This document shows, piece after piece, positions 1 through 12,248 of a DNA stretch of 64,000 nucleotides (position 1 is its first letter; every line of letters begins with the position of its first letter). The position numbers and the translations under genes were made by a program. Source of the stretch: Halocafeteria seosinensis (lineage: Eukaryota); the NCBI GenBank assembly GCA_001687465.1, contig LVLI01000175.1, forward strand, positions 1 through 64,000, read 5' to 3'. The notes beneath the pieces are model-generated. The model ran no database searches and had not been told where the DNA came from. It saw nothing but the letters and a program-made list of their open reading frames with translations.

Positions 1-116
1 TTACACTTGCGCAATCCACGAAATTCGCGTGGACCTTGGAAAAAGAAATAGAAACGAAGTTGTGGAATGAGGATCTTGCTGAGGGAGCGGAATCCTCAGC
101 GGATCAAGTCTCCTGA
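1..116 (+). CDS. Possible 3' end of a gene entering the window (...TLEKEIETKLWNEDLAEGAESSADQVS*)
   Basis: Open frame from the window edge to TGA at 114-116 with protein-like composition; no family recognised. Confidence 0.3.
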   Translation, partial: TLAQSTKFAWTLEKEIETKLWNEDLAEGAESSADQVS

Positions 117-1117
117 ACCTCAACTTCTTAATAGTGGCAGAAGTTCGCATATGTCATCATGCTTCCTGTTACAACTTGGTATCAACAGATGATACAATCT
201 AGTTTATTCCTGATGATTTGGCTTGTGAGAGTATTTCACTAGATGACCTGCGACGAATTTCGGATTACATGAAAAGCCGGTGCCAAAAACTCTCTCCGTA
301 GAAGGAGTGTTTCATGTTTGGTTTACGTCAGAGCAATAGTTCAGACTATTAGTAGCTGGCAATCCATTTTTGAGCGATTTCGAAAAATTGGGCTGGGTTC
401 AGTTTGTTAGTTCCGTTTCCATGCGGGATGAAGCAAAGTTGCCGGGTGGTGACCGTCGATAGGTTTGATACGCGGACAAGAATGACCAAGATAAGTTGCG
501 GAAATTCCGAAGCTCACAATTTTTAGGGGCGAAAACTGTGGGATTGGCTTCTTTGCCCGAATAAATGCTCCATGTCTTAAGTATGACTCAGTACCATTGG
601 TATGAGTGACATCCATCCGCTTTGGGCTTTGTGAATCACGGTTTGTGACCAGGATTCCCAGGAAACAACCTACATCTCGATAACGAATGCGAAAACCTCT
701 TGAACACAAGGTACAATTCGTTGTTCCACGTCAATGCAGTGCTCGTGCACAGAACAAGTTTTCGCTTTGTCAACCCCTGATCGCCTGATCTCAGGAATCG
801 AGTTGTCCAATGTACGTTGCTCGACAAGACACTCACTGTTGATGAATAAAATAATCAGACCTACTTGAGTGTACCGTACGCTATGTATCTAGGCCATCAT
901 CAAATATTGCTTCTGTTTCCTGAGTGAAACTTTACTCGCAGCACCTGGCTCAGCTGAGTTGTATGAAGGCAGGCCTCAATCAATAAAGTACAATGTCATG
1001 AGGCGTATGTATTGTCGTTAGTACAAATACAAATACCCAAAGTCAAAGGGAAGCCAATAATTGATTGTATATAAGCGTACAGTGTAGACAATAGATAGAG
1101 GTGGTAGTGGAGTAACA

Positions 1118-1844
1118 ATGATGGAGGATGCAGATTTCAAAGAAAGCGTTAAAGCTTCTTTATTGAGGTATAATGACAGCGTTTCGTCTGACCAGGGGTA
1201 GGCCATTATACGTTCTTGTGGTGTGTGCTTGCAGGAAATACCAACATATTTTAGATCAGACGACAATATATCGAACGCCGCGATGGCTCTGTTTGTTGGG
1301 GTTACTGGCATTATTCGCCTACCGAATCTATGCCCTGGAAGGCTTCTTTATTGTCGCCTACGGCCTAGGCATCTACCTACTGAACAATTTCCTTGGGTTC
1401 TTGAGTCCCCAGGTATGACAGATCTCGTCGTTTGTTTGTGCTCCTTGCACTGATATCAGCGTATGTGGTAGATACAGACCGATCCGGAAACAGCAGGGCC
1501 CATTCTACCAACAAGAAACAGTGAAGAATACCGCCCCTTTCAAAGACAGATTCCAGAGTTTAGCTTCTGGTTGAGGGGCATGAAAGCCATACTCGTGTGC
1601 ATGTGCATGACGCTCTTTAGCGTTTTTGATATTCCTGTCTTTTGGCCAGTACTCGTCGCATATTTCCTGGTGCTCTTTGGATTCACCATGAAGAAACAGA
1701 TTGCGCATATGATCCGATACAGGTGAGTGTGCATTATTTGTCGTTTTGGGGAGCCACAGCATGGTTCATCTACCGATTATACCGTCCTTATTCATCCGCA
1801 GATACCTTCCTTTTGATTGGGGCAAGAAAAAATATATGGGGTAA
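1118..1844 (+). CDS. RER1: Protein RER1 (Golgi-to-ER retrieval receptor), 4 exons
   Basis: Spliced translation: MMEDADFKESVKASLL|RKYQHILDQTT..RW..YGLGIYLLNNFLGFLSPQ|..DPE..GPILPTRNSEEYRPFQRQIPEFSFW..FDIPVFWPVLVAYFLVLFGFTMKKQIAHMIRYR|YLPFDWGKKKYMG*. These are hallmark Rer1 motifs. GT-AG introns at 1168-1234, from 1413 and from about 1723. Confidence 0.95.
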
Positions 1845-1961
1845 CCCCCTCCGAAGACCCTTTTAGCGGATATTCGATGATCTTCCTTTGGCTATTGGGG
1901 TTTAAATGTACACTGAATGACGGAATATAAAGCTAGATCGGTACCTTATTGTCAGTGTGCG

Positions 1962-3674
1962 CTATTTCGAATGAGGAGCAGCAATAGGAGTCGCAGGTTT
2001 GTCAGGAGTGGAACTCCTATCGGGAGAGGGCGAAGCCAGCTGCTGCTCTTCCTCTGCCTCATCTTCAGATCCCACGGATTCTTCTTCCAATCCCACCAAC
2101 CACTCTCCAACAGAGCGGAACCAGCCTTTCTTAGAGGAATTTTGTGCTTCTTTCTTTGGTTCCGCCTTTCCCGTTGCCTCTGAGTCTTCCTGAGGAACAG
2201 TTTGCTTTTCTGTCGATCGTTCTGAGAATGTAACACTCTTTACCGGCTTTTTTCTCTTTTCTTGTTGCTCATGCGAATATTGCTCCGTGTCTCCGGAAGT
2301 CTTTCCCTCCTCTTTTACTTTCGTTGTCCACGTATTCTGAGAAGTTTGCTCTTCCCCAGTCAAGGAAGTTTCTGGTCTCCTTCCGTTGTTAATGGCCCGA
2401 GCTTCTAACCCTTCCCGGGGCAACTGTAATTCAACGCCTTTGTGTAATTTTGATATGTTATTTGAAGTGATAAATCGATCTAGCCATTCGTTTATACCAA
2501 GAGTATCGCGGTTCGGCAAGTGATGAAGCTTTCCCTGGGCCACTTGACACCCAAGGCCAGTTTGACCAGGCATCCATTCTCGTGTTGTAATAAATAAACT
2601 TTGTTCCCTAACAGCATCTCTTGATCTCGAATAAATGTAGAGAGTGACAGGTTCACCAGCTTTTTGGAATATATAGTCTCTGCAAAGGCGAAACCATTCA
2701 TAATCGACGTCATCAACCCAGCAGTTGCAACGAGCAGACATACGAAAATTCATCAACGCTTGAAAAACTAGCTTCCCGTGCTCCTAATATATAGTCATCT
2801 CCAGGAACAAGGCCAGCCATATCAGCAGGGCTCCCGTCCACGACGTGTGTCAAATGAAGCACACTCTCCGTATCTTCTTCGAAGTCACTGAACCGAACAT
2901 ACATGCCCAGTGTACCGACGCCACACCATTCGTGTGGTACCATTTCTACCGCTGCAAGACGAAGGAGACATTCCAATACCAAGCATTTTTGTATTTTGCA
3001 TTTATAGCATACTAAGAACATACCTCTGGTGCACTGGGTCTTGGTATTATAAACATCGAGTCTAACAGGATAGCCACAGTTATTCTTCAGTTCCTTCGCA
3101 AGCAGTTCATCGAATTGGGTCTGCATGACCACGAATCGCTATCTCAATATGCAAATATATCATACGAAATTCTTCTCCCTCGTTTGGGTACACATACCAA
3201 GTCCTTTCCATTTATCCTAACGACAACGTCCAAGAATGAAACGAGTTGGTGGTTTCCCGGCACATTGCTGTGCTGCGGTTCTTGAATTTCGTCTCTTGAG
3301 GATGAGGTCTCACCGTTTCCTTCTTCTTGTTGTGGCTGGTCTTGCTGCCCTTGATTAGGGTCTTCTTTAGCCCTGGTAGTATCATTTCCTTGTTGCGTAT
3401 ACGAAGCTCCTGGTGGAAACGATTTCAACAACTGTTTCTGAGCCAATGGTAGCTCACTAGATATGTGCTCCCGTAACCATGGGCGCAGACCGTGGTATCC
3501 CAAAGCGAGTAATCTTCCCTCTGTGCAGGGGCTGTTGGGTTGCACTGAAAGCACTCTATATCCTACAGGTAATGAAGGAGAAGGGACCAAGTTCGCCGGG
3601 TCCATCACAGTCTTTTGAAGCTCATCTACCTCTTGATCTTGTCCGCGGAGAAAGGTTCCAGTTGTATCCACCAT
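1962..3674 (-). CDS. GORASP: GRASP55/65 (Golgi reassembly stacking protein), tandem PDZ-like domains plus Ser/Glu-rich tail, multi-exon
   Basis: Motifs GYRVLSVQPNSP, FLDVVVRING, VRLDVYNTKTQCTR, WCGVGTLGMYVRF, VLHLTHVVDGSPADMAGLVPGDDYILG, VTLYIYS, GLGCQVAQGKLHHLP across ORFs 3144-3674, 2713-3132 and 1962-2756. Start codon uncertain. Confidence 0.9.
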
Positions 3675-3949
3675 TTCTATATGGAATGCTTGTATCTCTG
3701 TCTGACCCTACAAACTTGCATATCAACCATATACGCCAAAAGAGCTCGACAAAGAGGGGAGCCTCTCAAGTGTGCGAAATGATTGCTTTATCTCGGGGAT
3801 GAGGAAGCATATCTCAAGTAAGTAAGCTATAGTATACAGAAAGAGTATTGAATTCAAATGTAATCTGACTTTTTAAATGAAGAGACCTCTGTTCTCCTTT
3901 TTTGTGATCTGTGCATTGAGCGGGCAATAGCAGAAAACAGAGGAGGAAG

Positions 3950-5612
3950 ATGAGCTTTGCGAGCCCACATCCTCTCTCCATGAAGGGTATGTCGATTCAC
4001 ATCCTGCTTGCAATTAACCGTGTTCACTCAAGAATCGATGCAGTTATGCGGCTTTGTCAGCCGCAACAGACGAACGCCGTGGACTCGGTCCATACCTGCA
4101 GCTTGGCCGCAGGAGCACTCTTGGCAGGAGACAGTCTGGCCACATTAGCTCTACCACCAGATTTCGGGTACGATATTATACGCAGCAAGTTTTTGTTCAA
4201 GTAATGCACCTTACTCAGGAACTTTGAATTACCTCTCCTGCTGATGCAGCAAAATATGTGCCGGTCAAACGCTGACTTGCTATGTGGCCGTCAAGAACTT
4301 CTCAGCGTATCCGATTCCGAAACTGTGGATAACAGGAGAATTGGAGCAGGTGGATACGCAGAAGCGATTTCCTCTCGTTGATCGACGGGTAATTGATGGA
4401 CAGGCGGATAACATAAAACAAAACGAATCTCAGCGATTTGATGAAAGAGGATCGAGAGTAGTGGATATGCTGCATCCAGGAGAACATACCAATTTCATTA
4501 TCAGCCACTTATTGAAAGGAACTGGGGCGCATTGGTGTGTATTGTTGTTGTTGCAATGGATAATGCATGAACATAAAATTTTGTATGTGGTTAACTTGAT
4601 TGTGCTTTCCAGTTTACGGATCAACGCAAGGTACACAGAATTGGACGGAGGTCCCTCGCTCGTATATAAGCGGTCGTACCGCTTCAACGTTCAAAACGCA
4701 TTCAATATTGATTACTCTGTAGAGCAAACCATGACCAATGTAAGAACTGTCGACTGCTTCCTTTGATGTAGGCTCTGGTTGTTTATCAATACCCGTAGTG
4801 CAGAGCGATCCACACTCAACAGCCGCCAATATCGATGTCGTACTGGAAAATCAAACAGATTTTAACATGTGCATAAATGACATCGCAATGAAATGTGCAC
4901 CATTGTGTCGTGTTTCCGAAGACAACGATAGCGAGGAAGAGCAGACGGAATACCAGTTGCAAACATATGTGCTATCATCACGTAAGCGACTGTTGAAACC
5001 TGGGGCAACAATTCGCAAATCCTATTTTGCGCAACGAAAACTTGTATTACCCCATGAAAATTCGAATCCAAACGATGAAACACAAGCGTTCCAGTTAGCT
5101 CCACTTGATACTACGGAAGTGGGTAAGTCAGGAACTTGAATTGCATGTACCTCCGTTTATGTGCTTACGGTGGGCTTTCATGTTCAGGTCAAATTAATGT
5201 CGAATGGTCAACAAATCTCGGTGAAAAGGGAATGTGGACTTCTCCTTTGATCAAGTCGGACAAATTAATACCCGGAAACTGCCACTTGTGTGTTTCTTGT
5301 CCATCCTTTGTCGGCCCCGATAAAACTTGTGAAATTCAAGGGAGCCTGACTAACACAAGCCGGAGCCATCAAACACAATCGAGGTTTTTGGTCGAGATCC
5401 ATTCGTCGTCCGATGATGTCATGCTGGCAGGACCAGTTACGTTCCGCACTCCGTTCATGGTTGTGTGTGAAGTTGTTGAGTTCTCTTTGGCTGCGGTTAT
5501 CCTTAGTCCTGGAAGTCACACATTACGAGTAGACGTTTATGGAGAAAATATCCAAGGCGCCGTGGACCGAGGGCACCGTTTAGAGAGTAAGGAAATACCG
5601 CTCCCAAGCTGA
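3950..5612 (+). CDS. TRAPPC13: Trafficking protein particle complex subunit 13 homolog, multi-exon
   Basis: HPLSMK|VMRLCQP, LALPPDFG, NFIISHLLKGTGAH, YKRSYRFNVQNAF and GQINVEWSTNLGEKG parallel TRAPPC13 (DUF974) motifs in the expected order. Confidence 0.8.
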
Positions 5613-5613
5613 A

Positions 5614-8600
5614 TTAGAACCAAATTAGGGTCATTTGGCATCGTCCATGAAAGACTTTCAACCTGCTTTTGGCCGCTGCGCCTACGGCCCTACCGTGTTG
5701 GCCCGCCCAGTTCTGTACCGTGTGGTATACTTTTGCATCCGTCAAAGCGCTTAACATTTCGGAATAAATTTGCTTGGTGGCTTCGATTTCAGGTGTTGGT
5801 TTTTTTTCCGCCAATTCAATTGCCTTCCGAAGATATTTCACAGCTAACTCTGGATTCCCGTTGATAGCGGCAAGAGTTGCAGAATTTCCAAAGGCAGTAT
5901 GCCCCCCTGAGAAACGACAAAACAAAATCATTGTCCAAAGAACGTGTAATTTAAGCATCCTATTCTCACCATCGAACTGAATATCTCGGGCTTGCTCCAA
6001 CAATTCTTCTGCTATGACGATATTCCCATATCTCCTTGGCTCGGAGAGGATTCGCGTACACCTGAAGGAAGACCAGATTTGGACAGTACTTTCCGTGGAG
6101 CGATACTTAAGTGTCTTGTGCTTACGCTGCGTTTTGCGCCAAAGCGCCTCTCCAGGGGTGTTTCGGCTGAAGCATGTTCCCTGCTTGGGCATACAGTATT
6201 AGATACTCGGCCCGTTTGCTTTCCTCCTCGGTGGAAGCCCTGTCCCATAACAGCAACCCGAGGTTTCCCCAAAACTCATGCTTTTTGCCCATCTTGACTA
6301 TCTGAGGATACAAAACAAAATTCCTGAGACCTCTCAAACTTAAACTGGATGGGCTCTGCTTACAATTTCCAAATGTTTTAAAGATTTTTGGATACCATTT
6401 TCGAACTTGTCCGGAAATCTCCAGTATATTTGCGATAGCAGTATATGTGGTTCCGCAATTCCCTCCCTGTTAAGCCACCATAAAGATGGATTGGCTTTAC
6501 GGTAAACAAGGGAATAACCTTACCATTTGGTTGCCCTAAGCAACAGATCTTCTGCCTCTTTCAGTTTTGACTGGTACATATACTTAGCGCTGTACAGGAA
6601 TAGAATGGTCGGTGTGAGAGCAAAAACCAATGAGGCATGGGACTTACCCTAATCCATACATAGACATGAAGTTATCCTCCGGGTAGGTTTGCAAACTTGA
6701 CACCAATAGTGCTTCCTCCGTATACCATTCATTATTCCGCAACCACGTGCGCACAAAAAAATAAGTTAAGAGTGTCAATAGAATTGCTCTGCAAAGTAGA
6801 CTGGTGACCTGCTCTCTAACCAAACTTTGTTCTACGTTGCCATACTCTGCCTTGCAAAGCTCCCGCTTCGGCTTCGGCTGTGGTGGTAGAGTTTTACGAT
6901 GTCTCACTTGAGCTTTTGGGGTTTCAGCGAAACGCACTCTTGGGCCATGTGTAGCCTTCACTACGGGCTGCGTATCTATGACACCATTTTCTGTTCCCTC
7001 ATTTGTCGAATGGTTGTCTTGTATTTCAACCTCCTTTTCTTCGAGAATTACTTTTGTGGCCCATGAGCTATCCACCAAATAGCTGCTCAAGCTGTTACAG
7101 CTCTCTCGGATAATGTCTGGTAGGAGTATCACTGAAGCCATAGTAGGAATAAAAAGGGTACGTTCCGCTAGAACGAAGCCAACTTTGAGCAGAAGCTGTT
7201 CCAAGATTGCATAAGTACAGTAATTTTCACAGGAATGAACCGGACAAGGGTCCGTTACTTACGTGTGATGCCGGGAGATAGGACACTAAAATGAATCCCA
7301 AACAATAGAATATCCGGTCACGCTTGGAAATGACCTTATGAGTTCGATAGGTCAGGACACTGACCCGGGAGTTAATTGCTACCCGTATGAGTACGTATAG
7401 GCTCCACCACACCGCCAAGGTGAACATATTTCTGTAATCCCATGGAGACATTATTGCTTTAAGCGCATTGTGCTCATGCGAAAGGCGGACAGGAAAAAAC
7501 AGCATTGAGACTGCCAGCGCTTGTACGTAAGCCAAACTCATAAATCTCTGAAGAAATGTTGGTAGCTTGATGAGCGGGTTATGAACGTCTGGGGCAATCA
7601 GTTCATAACTGCGGTGTCATACAGAACATAGGCTCTACTACTGGATTTTTGTTACAACTTTACGCTTCAACGTACCCTCCGCTTAGAATTCGGATCCTGA
7701 TGATATAAGCTGTAATTGTTAGAGCGACCAGGCCAATGCAGTACGAGAAAGAAGTTCCCTTTAAAACATCCATTATTTGCTCGAAAAATCCCACGTTTCT
7801 AAGGGAGTTATTTGAACCCTGCGCATCGTTTCCATTCTCGTGACTTGGTTCCTTCTCCTTAGCATCTCTTGCAGGTGTTTCCGCGTAAACGACACTATTG
7901 AAGAGGATTTCACCAACCAATATCAACATCGGGGCAATAAGTGCGTTTTCTTTACAAAGGATGGAAAGCACGTATAGAACGATAATTCCTGTCATTGTCA
8001 GTAGCCTTCGAGGCCAGAAGCTTCTCCGTACCCTCCATTTCGTGAGCATGTTCTCTTTCGAGGACTCACTCACATCATCCATTCTTTCCCAGTCCTCCTC
8101 CGAAGGTGAAAGTACTATTACTTCCCTCAAACCAATATATATCGCTGTAAACACAAAGATACCACAAACTGTCTCAGCTCGGCTTGTCACGTTAGCTGTA
8201 ACTTCAGTATGCACTGGATGAAACGCGAAGCAGATTCCACTAATGATAATGCTGGTAAGTTCTGAGTGCAAAAGTCCGGCAACCAATACCACCATAAATG
8301 TGCATACCATATGGAAAAAGATATTTGTGCTGTGCCATATCCAAAATTTCGAAAACTCCCCTAACCATTTATTGAATTGAAATGTCAGTACAATCAGGGG
8401 ACGATAGGAGTGATGAGTCCACGTGAAGTTGGATCTGTCAAATATCTTATTTCCCCAGAAATCATGCGTAAATACATCCGAGAGAGGAGCGTTCAGAAAT
8501 ACATCTGGGTTCCCGACGACGGCAACTTTGTCATCGTACGTAAATTCAGCACTTAATGTATTCAGATACGGGAAAATACTGAGAAGGGAAATGATCCCAG

Positions 8601-8655
8601 CCCACAGTAGAATTCTTCTGTCCCTGCTACTCAAGTTCCCTACTATTTTCCCCAT
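5614..8655 (-). CDS. TMTC: TMTC-family protein O-mannosyltransferase (multi-TM, DUF1736, C-terminal TPR-like repeats), multi-exon
   Basis: YLNTLSAEFTYDDKVAVVGNPDV, HDFWG, HHSYRPL, FAFHPVHTEVTANVTSRAE, LCKENAL, FFPVRLSHEH, YLPASH, KVGFVLAERTLFIPT, RTWLRNNEW; TPR-like helices follow in the last exons. Confidence 0.92.
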
Positions 8656-9101
8656 GATTTTGCCCCGTACTCTTTTTATAAATAGATGCGTAGATCTAAG
8701 CTAAAATCTTACACCACATCCAATGCAACTCAATCTGTGTCAGCCACAGTCCAATGTGTCCAGTTGTCGTCAATTCTCGTTTGTTTACGGTAACCCTGAG
8801 CACAATTTTAGCCAAGCCATTGATACTACTACTTTATTTAGTGTATCAATTTATTGCATGGTTCACTTAGCCAGGCGTCCAGTCAACAAACACGTGCCTG
8901 GAGTTGGGCATAGACAGACAGGGAACTCCAATGAGCAGTTCATTGGCAGCTTCACAGGCCATGGCTAACGCATTGTGTTCAATAACACACATCTAAGTCT
9001 GTCTTGTCCCCTTTCTACCAGTATAGTGAGCTGTTCTCGTCTCAGTTACTCTCCTGTATTAGAAGAAGCTGTAGAATGACAAGGAGATAGAAATACTGGA
9101 C

Positions 9102-9841
9102 ATGGCTGGCCAAATTAGGCTTCCTCTGTGGCTCGAGCTTACATTGTTAGCAACAATATGGGTTTATGGTCAAGCGGGTACGTTGTCCTTTAAGAATCAT
9201 TTCAAGGCTCTCAGGTTCTTATACAAAGCTTATTCCCTGCAGTAGAATGTGATGAGAATGCCTATCTCACTAGCGTCGACTACGAATATCGAGGTGTGAG
9301 AGCTCTAGGTGGAGCTGAAGGAGATGGCTACAACGGTGATTCCATGACTACGGAGGACCTCAGAAGGGCTCAAGATTTCACACAAGATGTCTTATTGAGA
9401 ACCGAGTATAAGTGTAAACAAGAGATCATTAAAATTGCTAGCGGAAACTTCGGACCGCCAAAAGCGTTCGAAGTCTTTGAGGCCGTTTGCAAAGGGGCAT
9501 GCCAGTCCTTTGCAGATCGCTATCAGCGAATAATCACAGCAGTTGATCCCCCCTGTGACTGTATTTCACTGCTGCAGCAGCAGAAGCATCAATTTTCCTG
9601 CTTCACTCCCACGGATTATCTATGCCGATTTAGCGGCCTCTGTTACAATTGGGAGGAATACCGGAATACAACCTGTGATGTCAACGCCTGCGGAAGATTC
9701 ATTGACGACGAAGGTGAGTGGCTCGCTGCTCGGAAAAAATGCGGACTAAGCTTTGCTCTTCCAAAGTTCAAAGTCGATATGGCCACTCTTACCCTTGCTC
9801 CCGTGGCTGTGTTGTTGCTCGGGCAACTCCGCGGCATGTAG
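9102..9841 (+). CDS. Cys-rich secreted or surface protein, possible GPI anchor, 2 exons
   Basis: Exon 1 MAGQIRLPLWLELTLLATIWVYGQA looks like a signal peptide. The intron at about 9178-9242 joins in frame to ORF 9296-9841. Many Cys residues and a hydrophobic C-terminus (ATLTLAPVAVLLLGQLRGM). Confidence 0.65.
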
Positions 9842-9847
9842 ACAACC

Positions 9848-10501
9848 TCAACCTACAACCCAGAGGGCTACTGCCACCCATAGTGGGTTCAATATAGTCC
9901 AGGCTACAGCCCACTTTAGGTAACCAAATTTTGCAGACTGAGTACATGCAAGGACAGGGTAAGCATGTGGAGTTTCCGGGAGAAGAAACATAGGGAAATC
10001 TAGTTACCTTGTGTCGACAGAGTGCGATTCCAATCCATGACCCAATGACCCCTGAGAGCAACACATCAGCGGTATACACGGCATGGCGCACCAGCAATGC
10101 CGCTTGTTGCACGTACCAGTAGCAAAATGAATTGCCAAGAGCGATACTTCCTTTATCCGACGATACTCATTTCTTGCATAGCACTTATCCAAAGCGATCG
10201 CACAGAGTCCCCAGAGATTCATTAGAATGACATATACACCCAGCGTTAACTTCCACGTTAATGTGTCCTTCGTCGTAGCGTATACTATGCCGACGATGAT
10301 TGCTGCTAAGGGAAGTGTAAGCATCGCAATCCATGCTATTGTATAGCGCATGAAGCTCGCTTTCAGAGCACTCATTATGGCACCTCGTACTGCAGTTCTC
10401 CTCGAACTCCGTCCATTACGTCTCTGTTGGGAGCCTTTCGAAAAGTATGTGCCACTCGTTGATCCATTAGATGACCATGGGCTTCTTTTTTCCAAAGACA
10501 T
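9848..10501 (-). CDS. DUF1294-family small membrane protein, 3 exons
   Basis: MNLWGLCAIALDKCYARNEYRRIKEVSLLAIHFATG|GVIGSWIGIALCRHK|SAKFGYLKW fits the DUF1294 pattern (N..DK..A....RI.E..L....GG..G......RHK). Stop TGA at 9848-9850. Confidence 0.8.
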
Positions 10502-10821
10502 ACTTCCACCATGTTGTGTCTCGCCGGTGAGCAGTAGGAAGTGTGTGTGTGCGGTTTTGGCGCGCGCGCTTTGAACTTTGAGCGTTCGGGGAATTGAATA
10601 GTTGAAGGCTATCTGGTGAGTGGTGCAGAAACAACTATCGGAATTTTGTTGTCAGATCTATGCTCTTGTGAGACACACCTTTTACTGATCGAGACATTGC
10701 TACGAAGCTAAATGTACCTGGCCCTTGTGAAAACTACCTAAATGTACCCGGCCCTGGTGGTAGCTGAACTGAGCTTGATTCTGCCATAACAACGGGACAC
10801 ATATGACAACACGGTAACAAA

Positions 10822-12231
10822 ATGCATCGCGATAGACGCTCAAAGGTAGACGGCAAAGGCTTTCGCTTCCTCGATGATACAGAGGCATTCTTTTCACGGA
10901 CGTTCCCATACAGGAAAGAGGTCCCTCAGAAAGAACAACAGAGGTTCCATGATGAAGTCACACGGAACGTACTGACTGGTGCTGCAGTTTCAATGCTAGC
11001 TGAGAACGATGACTCATACCTGGAATCTAGAACTCCTCCAAGCGCTGCATTAAGGAAATTGTACAGCTCCAGAACCTCTATCGGGAGCTCTGGATCGAAA
11101 GGTACTAGTCGGCAGAGTAGACAGAAAATTGGGAGTGTTAGAAGGAGCAATGTGGAGGACAAAGACATAGTCGAGCCCACAATTCGTTTCAGAGTCAATC
11201 GAGAAGGCTTGGCGTTCGCCTTAGCGCCCGAAGATAGACCGACGAGTTTTGACACGGAGTTTTATGATTTCTTTGCCAGAGGCTATGCTCACGATTTATC
11301 GGACTTGTCTACATGCAATAGCTCTCTAGAAGTTTCGAAGCATCTCTTTCCAGAGAGCTTCGCCAATACACGGCACTCTGCCAAGTTGATACCTTCTGTC
11401 GTTGGACTTCAGATGGCAAAAAATAAAAAGAAGCAGAGTAAGATGATTGACAGCAACTATATGTGGTTGCGCCTTACTTGTCCTTGCTTCCCCCTCGACA
11501 GAGAATTGGTACGAAATCTCGGTGGAAGACGAGTTGGAGGAGCTAAACTCAGAAGAGCACAAACGAGCCGTTGCGAAGGACAACGAAGTGCTTGCGCATT
11601 ATCTGAAGAAAGTATGTATCCGCCCTTATAGTTTGCATATAAATTATCTTTTAAGGGACAATCATCCAATCTGAGTTATGCAGGAAGAAGCACTAAAACG
11701 GCGACTTAAACGAGCGGACGTTTCATTCTTGTATAAAAAGTCGTTAAAAGGTAAAGCATACGACTCCCAAGCAAAGATTCCACAATTGCTTCAACGAGCA
11801 CGTAGATAGACGAGGCCAGCGATCACCCACCGACACAAAACACCCTGCTAAGAGTGTATCCGTGTTGCCACCGAACACTCAGGATGATCCGGCATACAAT
11901 CATGTATAAGAAAGTTGCAAACGATATGGAGTTCTTGTTCGTAACTATACACTTAAGTCAATTAAACCTTCGTGTCATCCCAGAAGAGTTAAAACCAACC
12001 CGACGAACGACAGCAGGAGAAAGTGCGCACTTTGAATGAAGTATGGATGCAAACTCAAACAGGTCGGTCACACTGGATATCGCGTTTTATTCAATCAAAG
12101 GGTATTACGTGGTCATGAAAACGCATGGTGAGCACAGTCGGTACTGGTTAACAAGTTACAAGCTTTCGAGAGGTACTCGATGCTGGATGCCTGATTGTCA
12201 ACAGTTGGGTGGACTACTCACAGCCGGTTGA
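10822..12231 (+). CDS. Hypothetical protein, multi-exon
   Basis: A 269-codon ORF followed by short exon-like segments bounded by GT/AG. No family recognised; 3' end approximate. Confidence 0.5.
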
Positions 12232-12248
12232 GACAGCCCCGAGGGAGT

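Noticed and set aside
407..1000. Short minus-strand ORFs at 407-836
   Set aside because: No consistent spliced model or recognisable motif could be built.
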